DNA from: Alphaproteobacteria bacterium
GTDB lineage: Bacteria > Pseudomonadota > Alphaproteobacteria > Bin95
Assembly: GCA_963665325.3 (NCBI GenBank)
Contig: CAXXWS020000003.1
Location: 1,024,001-1,088,000 of the forward strand
Direction: 5' to 3'
DNA length: 64,000 nt
Numbering within the stretch: the stretch's first letter is position 1; every line of letters begins with the position of its first letter. The notes beneath the pieces were generated by a model. The model was given only the letters and a program-made list of their open reading frames with translations, did not search any database and had not been told where the DNA came from. Position numbers and translations under genes: made by a program. Positions 39,666 to 50,273 of this stretch are shown here, piece after piece.

Positions 39666-40829
39666 ATGAGCGCATCGGGGCCGCTTGCCGGCCTTCGGGT
39701 GCTGGAGATAGCGGGCGTCGGGCCGGGGCCGCATTGCGCAATGCTGCTGGCCGACATGGGCGCGGATGTGCTGCGCATCGACCGGGTGCAGCCCCGCTAC
39801 CGGGTCCATGCGCGCACCGACCTGCTGAACCGCGGCCGCCGCTCGGTTGCGCTTGACCTCAAGCAGCCTCGCGCGGTCGAGACTGTGCTCTCGCTGGCGG
39901 AAAAGGCCGACGTGCTGCTGGAGGGCTTCCGGCCGGGCGTCATGGAACGGCTCGGCCTCGGGCCGGAGCCTGTGCTCGCGCGCAATCCGAAGCTCGTCTT
40001 TGCGCGGCTGACCGGCTGGGGGCAGACCGGGCCGCTTGCGGAGGCGGCGGGCCACGACCTCAACTATCTGGCCCTGACCGGCGCGCTTCACGCCGTCGGC
40101 CCGGCCGCCGGCCCGCCGGTACCGCCACTCAACCTCGCCGGCGATTTCGGCGGCGGCGCGCTCTATGCCGCTTTCGGTATCCTGGCGGCGCTGTTCGAGC
40201 GCGGAACCTCCGGAAAGGGGCAGGTGATGGATGCCGCGATGGTGGATGGCGCGGCCTCGCTGATGACCTTCGTGCAGGGGCTCATGGCCGCCGGCTGGTG
40301 GCGGGACGAGCGCGAGGCGAACCTGATCGACGGCGGCGCGCCCTTCTACCGCTGTTATGAGACCGCGGACGGCAAATGGGTGGCGCTCGGCGCCATCGAG
40401 CCCGAGTTCTACGATGCCTTCCTGAGGCTGACCGGCCTCGACGGCGAGGGGCTGCCGAAACGCATGGACCGGGCCAACTGGCCGGAGCTGACCGAGCGCT
40501 TCAAGCGGCTGTTCCTGACGAAGACGCGCGAGGAGTGGTGCGCCCTGCTGGAAGGCACCGACGCCTGCTTCGCCCCGGTGCTGACCCTGGAGGAAGCGCC
40601 CGCCCACCCGCATATGGCGGCGCGGGGCGCGCTCGCCGCCAGCCATGGCGTCGTCCAGTCCGGTCCCGCTCCCCGCTTCTCGCGCACGCCCGGCGCACTC
40701 TCCCGCCCGCCGCCCGCACCCGGCGAGGACACGCGCGCGGCGCTTGCCGACTGGGGACTGGACGAAACGGATATCGACGCTCTCATCGCTTCGGGCGGGG
40801 CGCTGCAGGCGGAAGCGACGGAGGAGTGA
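39666..40829 (+). CDS. CaiB/BaiF CoA-transferase / alpha-methylacyl-CoA racemase family
   Basis: GPLAGLRVLE, LADMGADV, EGFRPGVMERLGLG, GHDLNY, GDFGGG. Confidence 0.93.
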   Translation: MSASGPLAGLRVLEIAGVGPGPHCAMLLADMGADVLRIDRVQPRYRVHARTDLLNRGRRSVALDLKQPRAVETVLSLAEKADVLLEGFRPGVMERLGLGPEPVLARNPKLVFARLTGWGQTGPLAEAAGHDLNYLALTGALHAVGPAAGPPVPPLNLAGDFGGGALYAAFGILAALFERGTSGKGQVMDAAMVDGAASLMTFVQGLMAAGWWRDEREANLIDGGAPFYRCYETADGKWVALGAIEPEFYDAFLRLTGLDGEGLPKRMDRANWPELTERFKRLFLTKTREEWCALLEGTDACFAPVLTLEEAPAHPHMAARGALAASHGVVQSGPAPRFSRTPGALSRPPPAPGEDTRAALADWGLDETDIDALIASGGALQAEATEE

Positions 40830-40890
40830 GAGACCGGTTGGAAATTGCGCCGGAGCGGGATCCGGTTTGACGGCATCGACTGTTTGTTCG

Positions 40891-40946
40891 TAATTTATGA
40901 AATAATTCAAAAAATATCTTGACTCCGGGAAATTCCTCCCGATATT
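40891..40946 (+). promoter_or_regulatory. Candidate strong sigma70 promoter with AT-rich UP element
   Basis: Very AT-rich 40891-40918, then TTGACT (40919-40924)-N16-GATATT. Confidence 0.5.
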
Positions 40947-41320
40947 GGGACACGAGGAAGGAAGCGGTATCCGCGCGGGGCTGCTTCCTTTCCCGGTTCG
41001 CGCCGGCGCGAAAAGACCCCTGAGAAACTGACGGGACAAGTGCGCCCTGCATCCGGGTTCGCACGCGCGGGCGCAATCAGGCGCGCGAACCGCGCCGGCG
41101 CTAACGGGCGCCCGCGCCCGCGTGCGATACGCGCGAAACAGGGTCCTGCTGCAGCGGGTGAGCCGGCGCCGGGATGAACGGAACGAAGAGGGATCGAAAG
41201 GAGTGAACCATGCCGAAGCCGCAAAGCCGGGGATATCGGACGGAATACCCCGAGCCCCGGTCCGAAACGACGGCTGCATACCCGAAGAGACATCAGGCTA
41301 TGCGCTACACGCATGCGGAT

Positions 41321-41354
41321 CATGACAAAACATGACATCCCATGACACTCCATG
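41321..41354. repeat. 10-bp-period CATGAC repeats
   Basis: CATGACaaaa CATGACatcc CATGACactc CATG. Confidence 0.8.
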
Positions 41355-41420
41355 GGAGGCTCCGCTGCGGGGCGCCCGCCGGAGGCCGGCAAAGGGCGGC
41401 GCCGGCCCGGTCCTCTACCC

Positions 41421-41525
41421 CCTTATCCCGAGTAGCGGCGCGAGCCGCGTATCGAGGGAGGCGTTTCCACCGGGGGACGGTCCTTCGATACGCGCCCGCT
41501 GGCGCGGGCGCTACTCAGGATGAGG
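41421..41525. repeat. Alphaproteobacterial-type repetitive palindromic element
   Basis: Inverted arms CCTTATCCCGAGTAGCG...CGCGTATCGAGGGA and TCCTTCGATACGCG...CGCTACTCAGGATGAGG. Confidence 0.75.
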
Positions 41526-41547
41526 AGAGGGCCGGGACGCCGGGCGG

Positions 41548-41649
41548 GGCGGCGCCAACGCCGCCATCCGAAATGTTTGCCGCGTTCGGCGCGGCGGCGC
41601 CAACGCCGCCATCCGAAATGTTCGCCGCGTTCGCCGCGGCGGCGCCAAC
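41548..41649. repeat. 45-bp tandem repeat, about 2.3 copies
   Basis: Units start at 41548, 41593 and 41638 (GGCGGCGCCAACGCCGCCATCCGAAATGTT...); 2 mismatches between the full copies. Confidence 0.9.
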
Positions 41650-41678
41650 CCGTGAGTCTCAACCCGGCAGCGCTGGTA

Positions 41679-43367
<1,689 letters not shown>

Positions 43368-43546
43368 TTCATGGGCTCCGGTCCGGGCGCCGAATATCCT
43401 GCGAGTGTATCCGCGCGACGGCGAAAATGCTGCCTCATTCGTCGGGCCGGCGGGGATGGTGGCGACGGTTCGGTCTTCACAAACGCCGGTTCCGGGCTTA
43501 GGGAAGTCCGGGCGAGGACGCGATTCATGCGCGATGCCGGAAATCC

Positions 43547-45079
43547 ATGACTGAACCGGTCACGCTCACGCCCGGGCCGATCGGCTTGCCGGACCTCGAA
43601 GGGCTGTATCGCGAGAGCCCGCCGGTCGTGCTGGACCGGAGCTGCCGGGCAGAAGTCGAGCGGGCGGCGGCGGTCGTCGAGCGGGCAGCCGCGGGCGACG
43701 CGGCGGTCTACGGGGTCAATACCGGCTTCGGCAAGCTGGCGGGCACCCGCATTTCGCCCGAGCAAACCGCCCGGCTGCAGCGCAACCTGATCCTCTCCCA
43801 CAATGCCGGCGTCGGCCCGGACCTGCCGGAACCGGTCGTCCGCCTCATGATGACGCTGAAGCTGCTCAGCCTCGGCCGCGGCGCCTCGGGCGTGCAGTGG
43901 GCCATCGTCGAGGTGCTGGAGCGGATGCTGGCGGCAGGCGTCACCCCCGCGGTGCCGGCGCAGGGCTCGGTCGGCGCCTCCGGCGACCTGGCGCCGCTCG
44001 CCCACCTGACGGCCGTCATGATCGGCGAAGGCAGGGCCAGTTGGCGCGGCGAACGCATGGCCGGCGGCGCGGCAATGCAGGCGGCCGGGATCGAGCCGGT
44101 CGTGCTGGGCGCCAAGGAAGGCCTCGCGATGATCAACGGCACCCAGTGCTCGACGGCGCTGGCACTGGCCGGCCTGTTCGACGCCAAGCGGTTGTTGCGC
44201 GCCGCGCTCGTCACCGGGGCGCTCTCGGTCGATGCCACTCTCGGGTCCGACACGCCCTTCGATCCGGAGGTCAATGCACTGCGCGGCCACCAGGCCCAGA
44301 TCGATGTCGCGGCGGCGCTCAGGGCGCTTCTGGCCGGGAGCGACATCCGCGCTTCCCATATCGATTGCACCCGGGTGCAGGACCCCTACTCGGTACGCTG
44401 CCAGCCGCAGGTGATGGGCGCCTGCCTCACCCTGCTCCGCCAGGCCGGATCGGTGCTGGCGGTCGAGGCAGCGGCGGCGACCGACAATCCGCTGGTCCTG
44501 ACGGAGCGCGGCGAAATCCTGTCGGGCGGCAATTTCCACGCCGAGCCCGTCGCCTTCGCCGCCGACCAGATCGCGCTTGCGGTGAGCGAGGTCGGCGCGC
44601 TGACGGAGCGGCGTATCGCGCTGCTGGTCGATCCGGCGATGAGCGAGCTGCCGGCCTTCCTGACGCCGGAGCCCGGCATCAACAGCGGCTTCATGGCGGC
44701 CGAGATCACCGCCGCGGCGCTTGCGGCGGAGAACAGGCAGCGTGCGGCACCGGCCAGCATCGACAGCCTGACCACCTGCGCCAACCAGGAAGACCATGTG
44801 TCGATGGCGACCCACGGCGCGCGCCGGCTGTTGGAGATGAACGACAATCTGGCCAAGATCGTCGCCATCGAATGGCTCGCCGGCGCCCAGGGCATAGGGT
44901 TCCGCGCGCCGCTGAAGACGAGCGCGCGCCTCGGCCGGGCGGTGAAACGGCTGCGTGCGGTTGTGCCCCCGCTCGAAGAGGACCGGTATATGGCCCCGGA
45001 CATCGAGGCCGCGGTCGCTCTGGTGCGGGCCGGCGCGCTGGTCGAAGCGGCGGGGCCGGACGGGATGCCGGGCTGGTGA
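43547..45079 (+). CDS. hutH: Histidine ammonia-lyase
   Basis: [11 protein letters not shown]-forming [29 protein letters not shown]. Confidence 0.96.
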   Translation: MTEPVTLTPGPIGLPDLEGLYRESPPVVLDRSCRAEVERAAAVVERAAAGDAAVYGVNTGFGKLAGTRISPEQTARLQRNLILSHNAGVGPDLPEPVVRLMMTLKLLSLGRGASGVQWAIVEVLERMLAAGVTPAVPAQGSVGASGDLAPLAHLTAVMIGEGRASWRGERMAGGAAMQAAGIEPVVLGAKEGLAMINGTQCSTALALAGLFDAKRLLRAALVTGALSVDATLGSDTPFDPEVNALRGHQAQIDVAAALRALLAGSDIRASHIDCTRVQDPYSVRCQPQVMGACLTLLRQAGSVLAVEAAAATDNPLVLTERGEILSGGNFHAEPVAFAADQIALAVSEVGALTERRIALLVDPAMSELPAFLTPEPGINSGFMAAEITAAALAAENRQRAAPASIDSLTTCANQEDHVSMATHGARRLLEMNDNLAKIVAIEWLAGAQGIGFRAPLKTSARLGRAVKRLRAVVPPLEEDRYMAPDIEAAVALVRAGALVEAAGPDGMPGW

Positions 45080-45098
45080 GCGGACGAGCCGGCCCGGG

Positions 45099-45926
45099 TC
45101 AGGGCCTGCGGGCGAGGAACCTGACGCCTCCGAGATTGCCTCCGCGAAACAGCCCGGCGATGCTCGAATAGAAGTCGTCCAGGCCGGCAAATACCTGCTC
45201 GCCGTGCAGGGCCACCTCATGCTCGCGACTGTCGCGATAGGCCTGTGCGCGTTCCGCAACATGGTCCGTCCAGGACGCTGTCACATCCTCAATGACGACT
45301 TCGGCGAAGCCGGCCCGGTCGAGGTCCCGGCGCAGTTCGTCCAGACGGGGAAGATTGCGGCTGTAAACCTTGACGGCGAGGGTCTCGCGTTCGTCGTCGG
45401 TGAATGCTCCGCGCTCGAAATAGTCCTCGACATACATGCCGCCTCCGGGGCGGAGCGCCTCGTAGCAGCGCCGGTAGAGCCGCTCGCGGTCGGGGATGTG
45501 CAGAAATGCCAGCCAGGCGAAGAGCGCGTCGAACCCGCCGGGCGGCACGACTCCATCCAGAACGTCGCCCTGCCGGTGATGCACGAGATGCGCGAGGCCG
45601 CAGCGTTCGGTCAGCCGGGACGCGACCTCGTTCACATCCGCCTGGAGCTCGAGCGCTGTGACCTCGCATCCCGCCCGGCTGGCGATGAAGCGGGCCGGGC
45701 CGCCGAGACCGGAGCCGACATCGAGGACCCGGTGGTGCGGCTCGACCGCGAGCCGGGCGATGCCTTCGCCAACCGCTTCCGTGCCGTGATAGTGGTATTG
45801 GTCAAACCGGCTGAGCAGGCCCAGGGGAATAGGGTCGTCGTCCCCGATGCCGGCATCGCGAAGCTGGGCATACACGCGGTCCACTCGCGAGTAGAGCTTC
45901 ATCGCCTTGATGTCTCGGTCGGTCAT
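45099..45926 (-). CDS. SAM-dependent methyltransferase (sarcosine/dimethylglycine N-methyltransferase-like)
   Basis: DQYHY, VLDVGSGLGGPAR, LRPGG. Confidence 0.88.
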   Translation of the reverse strand: MTDRDIKAMKLYSRVDRVYAQLRDAGIGDDDPIPLGLLSRFDQYHYHGTEAVGEGIARLAVEPHHRVLDVGSGLGGPARFIASRAGCEVTALELQADVNEVASRLTERCGLAHLVHHRQGDVLDGVVPPGGFDALFAWLAFLHIPDRERLYRRCYEALRPGGGMYVEDYFERGAFTDDERETLAVKVYSRNLPRLDELRRDLDRAGFAEVVIEDVTASWTDHVAERAQAYRDSREHEVALHGEQVFAGLDDFYSSIAGLFRGGNLGGVRFLARRP

Positions 45927-45962
45927 GGTACGGGCGGGCCGCTTCCTGTGCGCCGACCCGGC

Positions 45963-46538
45963 CTACGCTGCCCGGCCGGTCTTGCGGAAGGCCCTGCCGC
46001 CGCTTTCCGGCTGGTCGGAGCGGAAGATCAGGTCGTCCACGGGTTCGCCTGCATCGTAGCGGGCGACGAGCTCGTCCGGATCGAAGGGCTGGCCGACAGG
46101 GTCGCGCGCGAAGGTCTCGCTGCGCATGAACTCGCCGGCTGCGGCAAGGTCCATCGCGTCGATCTGGAACTCCAGCCCGTTGCCGTCCGGGTCGCGGTAA
46201 TACATGGAGAGCGTGAGCCCGTGGCGGATCGGCCGCCAGGGCAGGATGTCCATGGCCTTCAACCGCGTGTAGGTGTGGAGGAGCTCGCCCAGGTCCTTCC
46301 AGGTGTAGGCGACGTGGTTGACGCCCGCCTCGCCGGGCTGCCGCTCCACGGCGCCCTCGGCCGCCGGCCCCAGATCGATGAAGGCGAAGCGGTGGTGCTC
46401 GTCATCGTAGGTGAGGAAGGCGAGCCGGTCGTCCCGGTGCTGGATGCGCGCCTCGAAGACGCGGGCATACCAGTCGATCATCTCCTCGAAGCGATGGGTG
46501 TTGTAGACGATGTGGGCGAATTTGCTGGGTGCGACCAT
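45963..46538 (-). CDS. VOC/glyoxalase family protein
   Basis: AHIVY, DDEHHR, NHVAY, YYRDPDGNGLE; GGAGG RBS. Confidence 0.88.
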   Translation of the reverse strand: MVAPSKFAHIVYNTHRFEEMIDWYARVFEARIQHRDDRLAFLTYDDEHHRFAFIDLGPAAEGAVERQPGEAGVNHVAYTWKDLGELLHTYTRLKAMDILPWRPIRHGLTLSMYYRDPDGNGLEFQIDAMDLAAAGEFMRSETFARDPVGQPFDPDELVARYDAGEPVDDLIFRSDQPESGGRAFRKTGRAA

Positions 46539-46577
46539 CTCTGCCTCCCCGGATGCGCTGGCGTTCGCGGCTGCCCG

Positions 46578-46676
46578 TCAGACCCTGACCGGCGGTTCGG
46601 TCTCGCTCGTCGCCAGCATTTCGGCGTCTGTCATGGCCATGATCTTCTCATACCGGCCGGGCGGGTAGTTGTTCAT
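46578..46676 (-). CDS. Possible 32-aa small protein or 5' gene remnant
   Basis: GGGAG 7 nt before the ATG; MNNYPPGRYEKIMAMTDAEMLATSETEPPVRV; mostly G/C third positions; co-oriented with its neighbours. Confidence 0.4.
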   Translation of the reverse strand: MNNYPPGRYEKIMAMTDAEMLATSETEPPVRV

Positions 46677-46718
46677 GGCGCATCTCCCTGTTTCGGCCGG
46701 CCTCGCCGGATGCAGCTC

Positions 46719-47927
46719 TCAGCCCGTACGGGGCGGCCGGTCCGCCGCTGCCGCTTCCAGATCGAACGCATCGTAGCGGTAAAGCCAGTCCAATGTCCCG
46801 CCGCGCGCGCCGGCGATGGTGCGATTGCGCTCGGCGGCGGCTTCTCCGCGCACGTGGAAGACCTCGGCGTTCCGGCGGGAGTCCTGCTGGACGCGCGCGG
46901 TCCGGTCGCGGCGCAGGTCCTCGTAGCGCTTCAGGCCCGCCGGGACATCGTCCCCCGCGGCAAGGCATTCCGCCAGCACGGCGCCGTCCTCGATCGCCAT
47001 GGCGGCGCCCTGGGCCATGAATGGCAGGGTCGCGTGGCAGGCATCGCCGAGCAGCGTCACCCGACCCTTGCCCCATCGCGGCATGGGCGGCCGGTCGAAC
47101 AAGGCCCATTTGTAGCAGGCGTCCGGGTCCATGGCGTCGATGAGCCGCTGCACGCCCTCGTGCCAGCCGGCGAAGTCTCGCCTGAGTTCGGCATGGTCGC
47201 CGCGCTCGATCCAGGATTCGCGCTCCCAGCCTTCCTTCTCGACCACGCAGACGCAGTTCACAGCCTCGCCCCGACGGACATAGTAGTGGACGACATGGCC
47301 GCCGGGACCCAGCCAATTGGAGGAGACCGGACGCACGAAGCCCACCGGCAGACGCGCCACCGGCACCAGGCTGCGCCATGCGACCGTGCCGGTGAAGGTC
47401 GGCGCTTCCGGGCCGAACAGGATGGACCGGACCGCCGAGTGGATGCCGTCCGCGCCGATCAGTGCTGCGCCCCGGTGGCGGACGCCGGCGGTAGTCAACA
47501 AGACCTCATCGGCGGACTGTTCCATGCCGGCGACCTCCGCATCGGTATGCAGCGAGATCAGCGGTTCGGCGGCGGCGGCCTCCGCCAGCGCGCCGACCAG
47601 GTCGGCCCGGTGGATGTGGTAGTAGGGAAAGCCGTAGCGGCGGCACAGCCCTTGGCCCAGTTCGTTCTCGAAGATGGTATCGCCGCTCGACCAGTCCCGT
47701 ATATGGCCCGCGACCGGCAGGAACGCGACCGCCTCCAGGGCTTCCGCCAAACCGAGTCGGTGCAGGACCCGCGTGCAATTCGGGCTGAGCTGGATGCCGG
47801 CGCCGATCTCGCCGAACTCCGGCGCCTGCTCGAAGACGTGAACCTCGAGGCCCTTTGCGGCCAGGCAGAGCGCCGCCGCCAGCCCACCGATGCCCCCGCC
47901 AGCGATCAGGATGTCACCGCCGGCTAT
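46719..47927 (-). CDS. FAD-dependent monooxygenase (salicylate hydroxylase-like); start codon appears to be ATA
   Basis: [44 protein letters not shown]. Confidence 0.88.
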   Translation of the reverse strand: MAGGDILIAGGGIGGLAAALCLAAKGLEVHVFEQAPEFGEIGAGIQLSPNCTRVLHRLGLAEALEAVAFLPVAGHIRDWSSGDTIFENELGQGLCRRYGFPYYHIHRADLVGALAEAAAAEPLISLHTDAEVAGMEQSADEVLLTTAGVRHRGAALIGADGIHSAVRSILFGPEAPTFTGTVAWRSLVPVARLPVGFVRPVSSNWLGPGGHVVHYYVRRGEAVNCVCVVEKEGWERESWIERGDHAELRRDFAGWHEGVQRLIDAMDPDACYKWALFDRPPMPRWGKGRVTLLGDACHATLPFMAQGAAMAIEDGAVLAECLAAGDDVPAGLKRYEDLRRDRTARVQQDSRRNAEVFHVRGEAAAERNRTIAGARGGTLDWLYRYDAFDLEAAAADRPPRTG

Positions 47928-49396
47928 CGTCCGCGCTCCCGTTCTTCGGCAAGTGCCGGCCGCGAGAGCGTGCGCGCCACCGCATCGGCCCAGCGCGCGC
48001 GCGCCGGCGCGGGGTCGCCCCGGGGCTCGAAACGTCGCCCAGCGGGGCGCGGGGCCTCGCGCGGATCGGAGAACACACCCGCACCCAGGCCCGCCAGCAC
48101 GGCCGCGCCCCACGCCGTCGTCTCGGTGACCGCGGGGCGCTCTACCGCGAGGCCGGCAATGTCGGCGAGCCTCTGGGCGAACCAGTTATTGCCGCTCATC
48201 GCCCCATCTATCCGCAGCAGGGCGGGTTCGAGGCCGTCGGCAGCCGCCGCATCCAGCAGGTCCGCAGTCTGGTGCGCGGCGGCTTCGAGCGCGGCACGGG
48301 CAAGCTCGGCCGGCCCCGTGTCGCGCGTCAGGCCGAAGAGCGCGCCCCGCGCCTCGGCATCCCACCAGGGCGCACCAAGGCCAACAAAGGCCGGCACCAT
48401 GATGACGCCGCTTTCGCCTACGCCCTGCGCCAGCGCCTCCGTTTCCGCCGCATCGGCGATGACGCCCAGCCCGTCGCGCAGCCATTGCACCGCCGCCCCG
48501 GCGACAAACACCGCGCCTTCGAGCGCATAGGTAGTCCGTCCGTCGAGCCTGAGCGCGATGGTGGTAAGCAGGCGGTGGCGGGAGGCGGCGGGCTCCTCGC
48601 CGGTATGCGCCAGCAGGAAGCAGCCTGTGCCGTAGGTGCTCTTGATGTCGCCCGCTTCGAGGCAGCCCTGGCCCAGGGTGGCCGCCTGCTGGTCGCCCGC
48701 CATGCCGGCAATCGGCACGGGCGCGCCCAGAATGTCCGTCATGCCGAAGCCGTCGGCATTGCCGCGCACCTCAGGCAATACGGACTCGGGGACCCGGAAG
48801 AGTTCGAGCAGGTCGGGGCTCCAGGCGTTCTTCCGGATGTCGAAGAGATTGGTACGCGAGGCATTGGTGGCGTCGGTGGCGTGGACCCGGCCGCCGGTCA
48901 GCCGCCAGGCGAGGAAGCTGTCCACCGTGCCGAAAGCGAGGTCGCCGCGCTCGCGCGCGCCGGGCAGCCGGTCGAGCAGCCAAGCGAGCTTGGTCGCCGA
49001 GAAATAGGGGTCGATCAGCAGGCCGCTCAGCCCGGTGACGAACGGCTCCAGCCCCTCGGCGCGGAGGCGGTCGCATTCGGGCGCCGTGCGCCGGTCCTGC
49101 CAGACAATGGCGTTATGGAGGCAGGCGCCGGTTTCCCGGTCCCAGAGCAGCGCCGTTTCGCGCTGGTTGGCGATGCCGATGGCGGCGGGCAGGTCGCCGC
49201 CGGCTGCCTCGCGCAGCACGGCCACGCTGGCCGACCAAATTTCCTCCGGGTCGTGCTCCACCCGGCCGTCCGCCGGGTAGAACTGGCGGAGTTCGCGCTG
49301 GGCAGTCCTGACAAGCGCGCCGGCAGCATCGAACAGAATTGCACGGGTCGAGGTCGTGCCCTGGTCGAGTGCGAGGAGAAGCGGGGCGGAAGCCAT
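47924..49396 (-). CDS. glpK: Glycerol kinase
   Basis: [43 protein letters not shown]. Confidence 0.93.
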   Translation of the reverse strand: MASAPLLLALDQGTTSTRAILFDAAGALVRTAQRELRQFYPADGRVEHDPEEIWSASVAVLREAAGGDLPAAIGIANQRETALLWDRETGACLHNAIVWQDRRTAPECDRLRAEGLEPFVTGLSGLLIDPYFSATKLAWLLDRLPGARERGDLAFGTVDSFLAWRLTGGRVHATDATNASRTNLFDIRKNAWSPDLLELFRVPESVLPEVRGNADGFGMTDILGAPVPIAGMAGDQQAATLGQGCLEAGDIKSTYGTGCFLLAHTGEEPAASRHRLLTTIALRLDGRTTYALEGAVFVAGAAVQWLRDGLGVIADAAETEALAQGVGESGVIMVPAFVGLGAPWWDAEARGALFGLTRDTGPAELARAALEAAAHQTADLLDAAAADGLEPALLRIDGAMSGNNWFAQRLADIAGLAVERPAVTETTAWGAAVLAGLGAGVFSDPREAPRPAGRRFEPRGDPAPARARWADAVARTLSRPALAEERERGR

Positions 49397-49454
49397 GGCG
49401 GCTATGCTAAGGAAGCCGGACCGCGTTCCGCAACCGCAGGAAAGGCCGCAGCCC

Positions 49455-50234
49455 ATGCCGCGTTTCGCCGCCAACCTCTCGATGCTGTTCACCGAGCACG
49501 AGTTCCTCGATCGCTTCGACGCCGCCGCCAGGGTGGGCTTCGAGGCGGTCGAGTTCCTGTTCCCCTACGACTTCGCCCCGGAGGAGGTGGCGAAGGCAAA
49601 GGCGGACGCAGGCGTCGAGGTCGTGCTGTTCAACATGCCTCCGGGAGACTGGGGGGCGGGCGAGCGAGGGCTGACTTCTGTGCCGGGGCGCGAGGCGGAG
49701 TTCGCGGAGGCGCTGGAGACGGCGGCCGGCTGGGCCGACATGTTGCAGAGTCCGCGCGTCCATGTCATGGCGGGCATACCCGGTGAGGGAGCGGAGGCCG
49801 AGGCCGAGGCGGTCTATGTCGCCAACCTGAAGCGCGCCGCCGCCCGGCTGGGCGAGCGCAGCGTTTCCATCGAGCCCATTAACCGGCGCGACATCCCGGG
49901 CTTCTTCCTCAACCGCCAGGACGAGGCGCATCGCATCCGCGCCGCCGTCGGGGCGGAGAACGTCAAGGTGCAGATGGACCTCTACCACTGCCAGATCGTC
50001 GAGGGCGATGTCGCGATGCGGCTGCGCGAATGGCTGCCGGGCGGCGGCGTCGGCCATATGCAGATCGCCGGCGTGCCCGAGCGCCACGAACCTGCGGTCG
50101 GCGAGATGTACTATCCCTACCTGTTCAGGCTGATCGACGAACTGGGTTACGAGGGCTGGATCGGCTGCGAATACCGCCCGCGAGCGGGGACGGTGGAGGG
50201 GCTCGGCTGGGCCAAGGGTTACGGCATCGGTTGA
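49455..50234 (+). CDS. Hydroxypyruvate isomerase family protein (Hyi/OtnI)
   Basis: [34 protein letters not shown]. Confidence 0.92.
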   Translation: MPRFAANLSMLFTEHEFLDRFDAAARVGFEAVEFLFPYDFAPEEVAKAKADAGVEVVLFNMPPGDWGAGERGLTSVPGREAEFAEALETAAGWADMLQSPRVHVMAGIPGEGAEAEAEAVYVANLKRAAARLGERSVSIEPINRRDIPGFFLNRQDEAHRIRAAVGAENVKVQMDLYHCQIVEGDVAMRLREWLPGGGVGHMQIAGVPERHEPAVGEMYYPYLFRLIDELGYEGWIGCEYRPRAGTVEGLGWAKGYGIG

Positions 50235-50267
50235 CCCGTCTCCACCGCTTTCGGGGCGGAGACGGGT
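50234..50267. terminator. Hairpin between convergent genes
   Basis: ACCCGTCTCC...GGAGACGGGT 10-bp stem; weak U tails. Confidence 0.5.
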
Positions 50268-50273
50268 TCCGCG

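Noticed and set aside
41548-41649. Possible CRISPR array
   Set aside because: Units are contiguous with no unique spacers, and there are no cas genes.
44955-48530. 1191-aa plus-strand ORF
   Set aside because: Antisense to several well-supported minus-strand genes; a typical high-GC shadow ORF.
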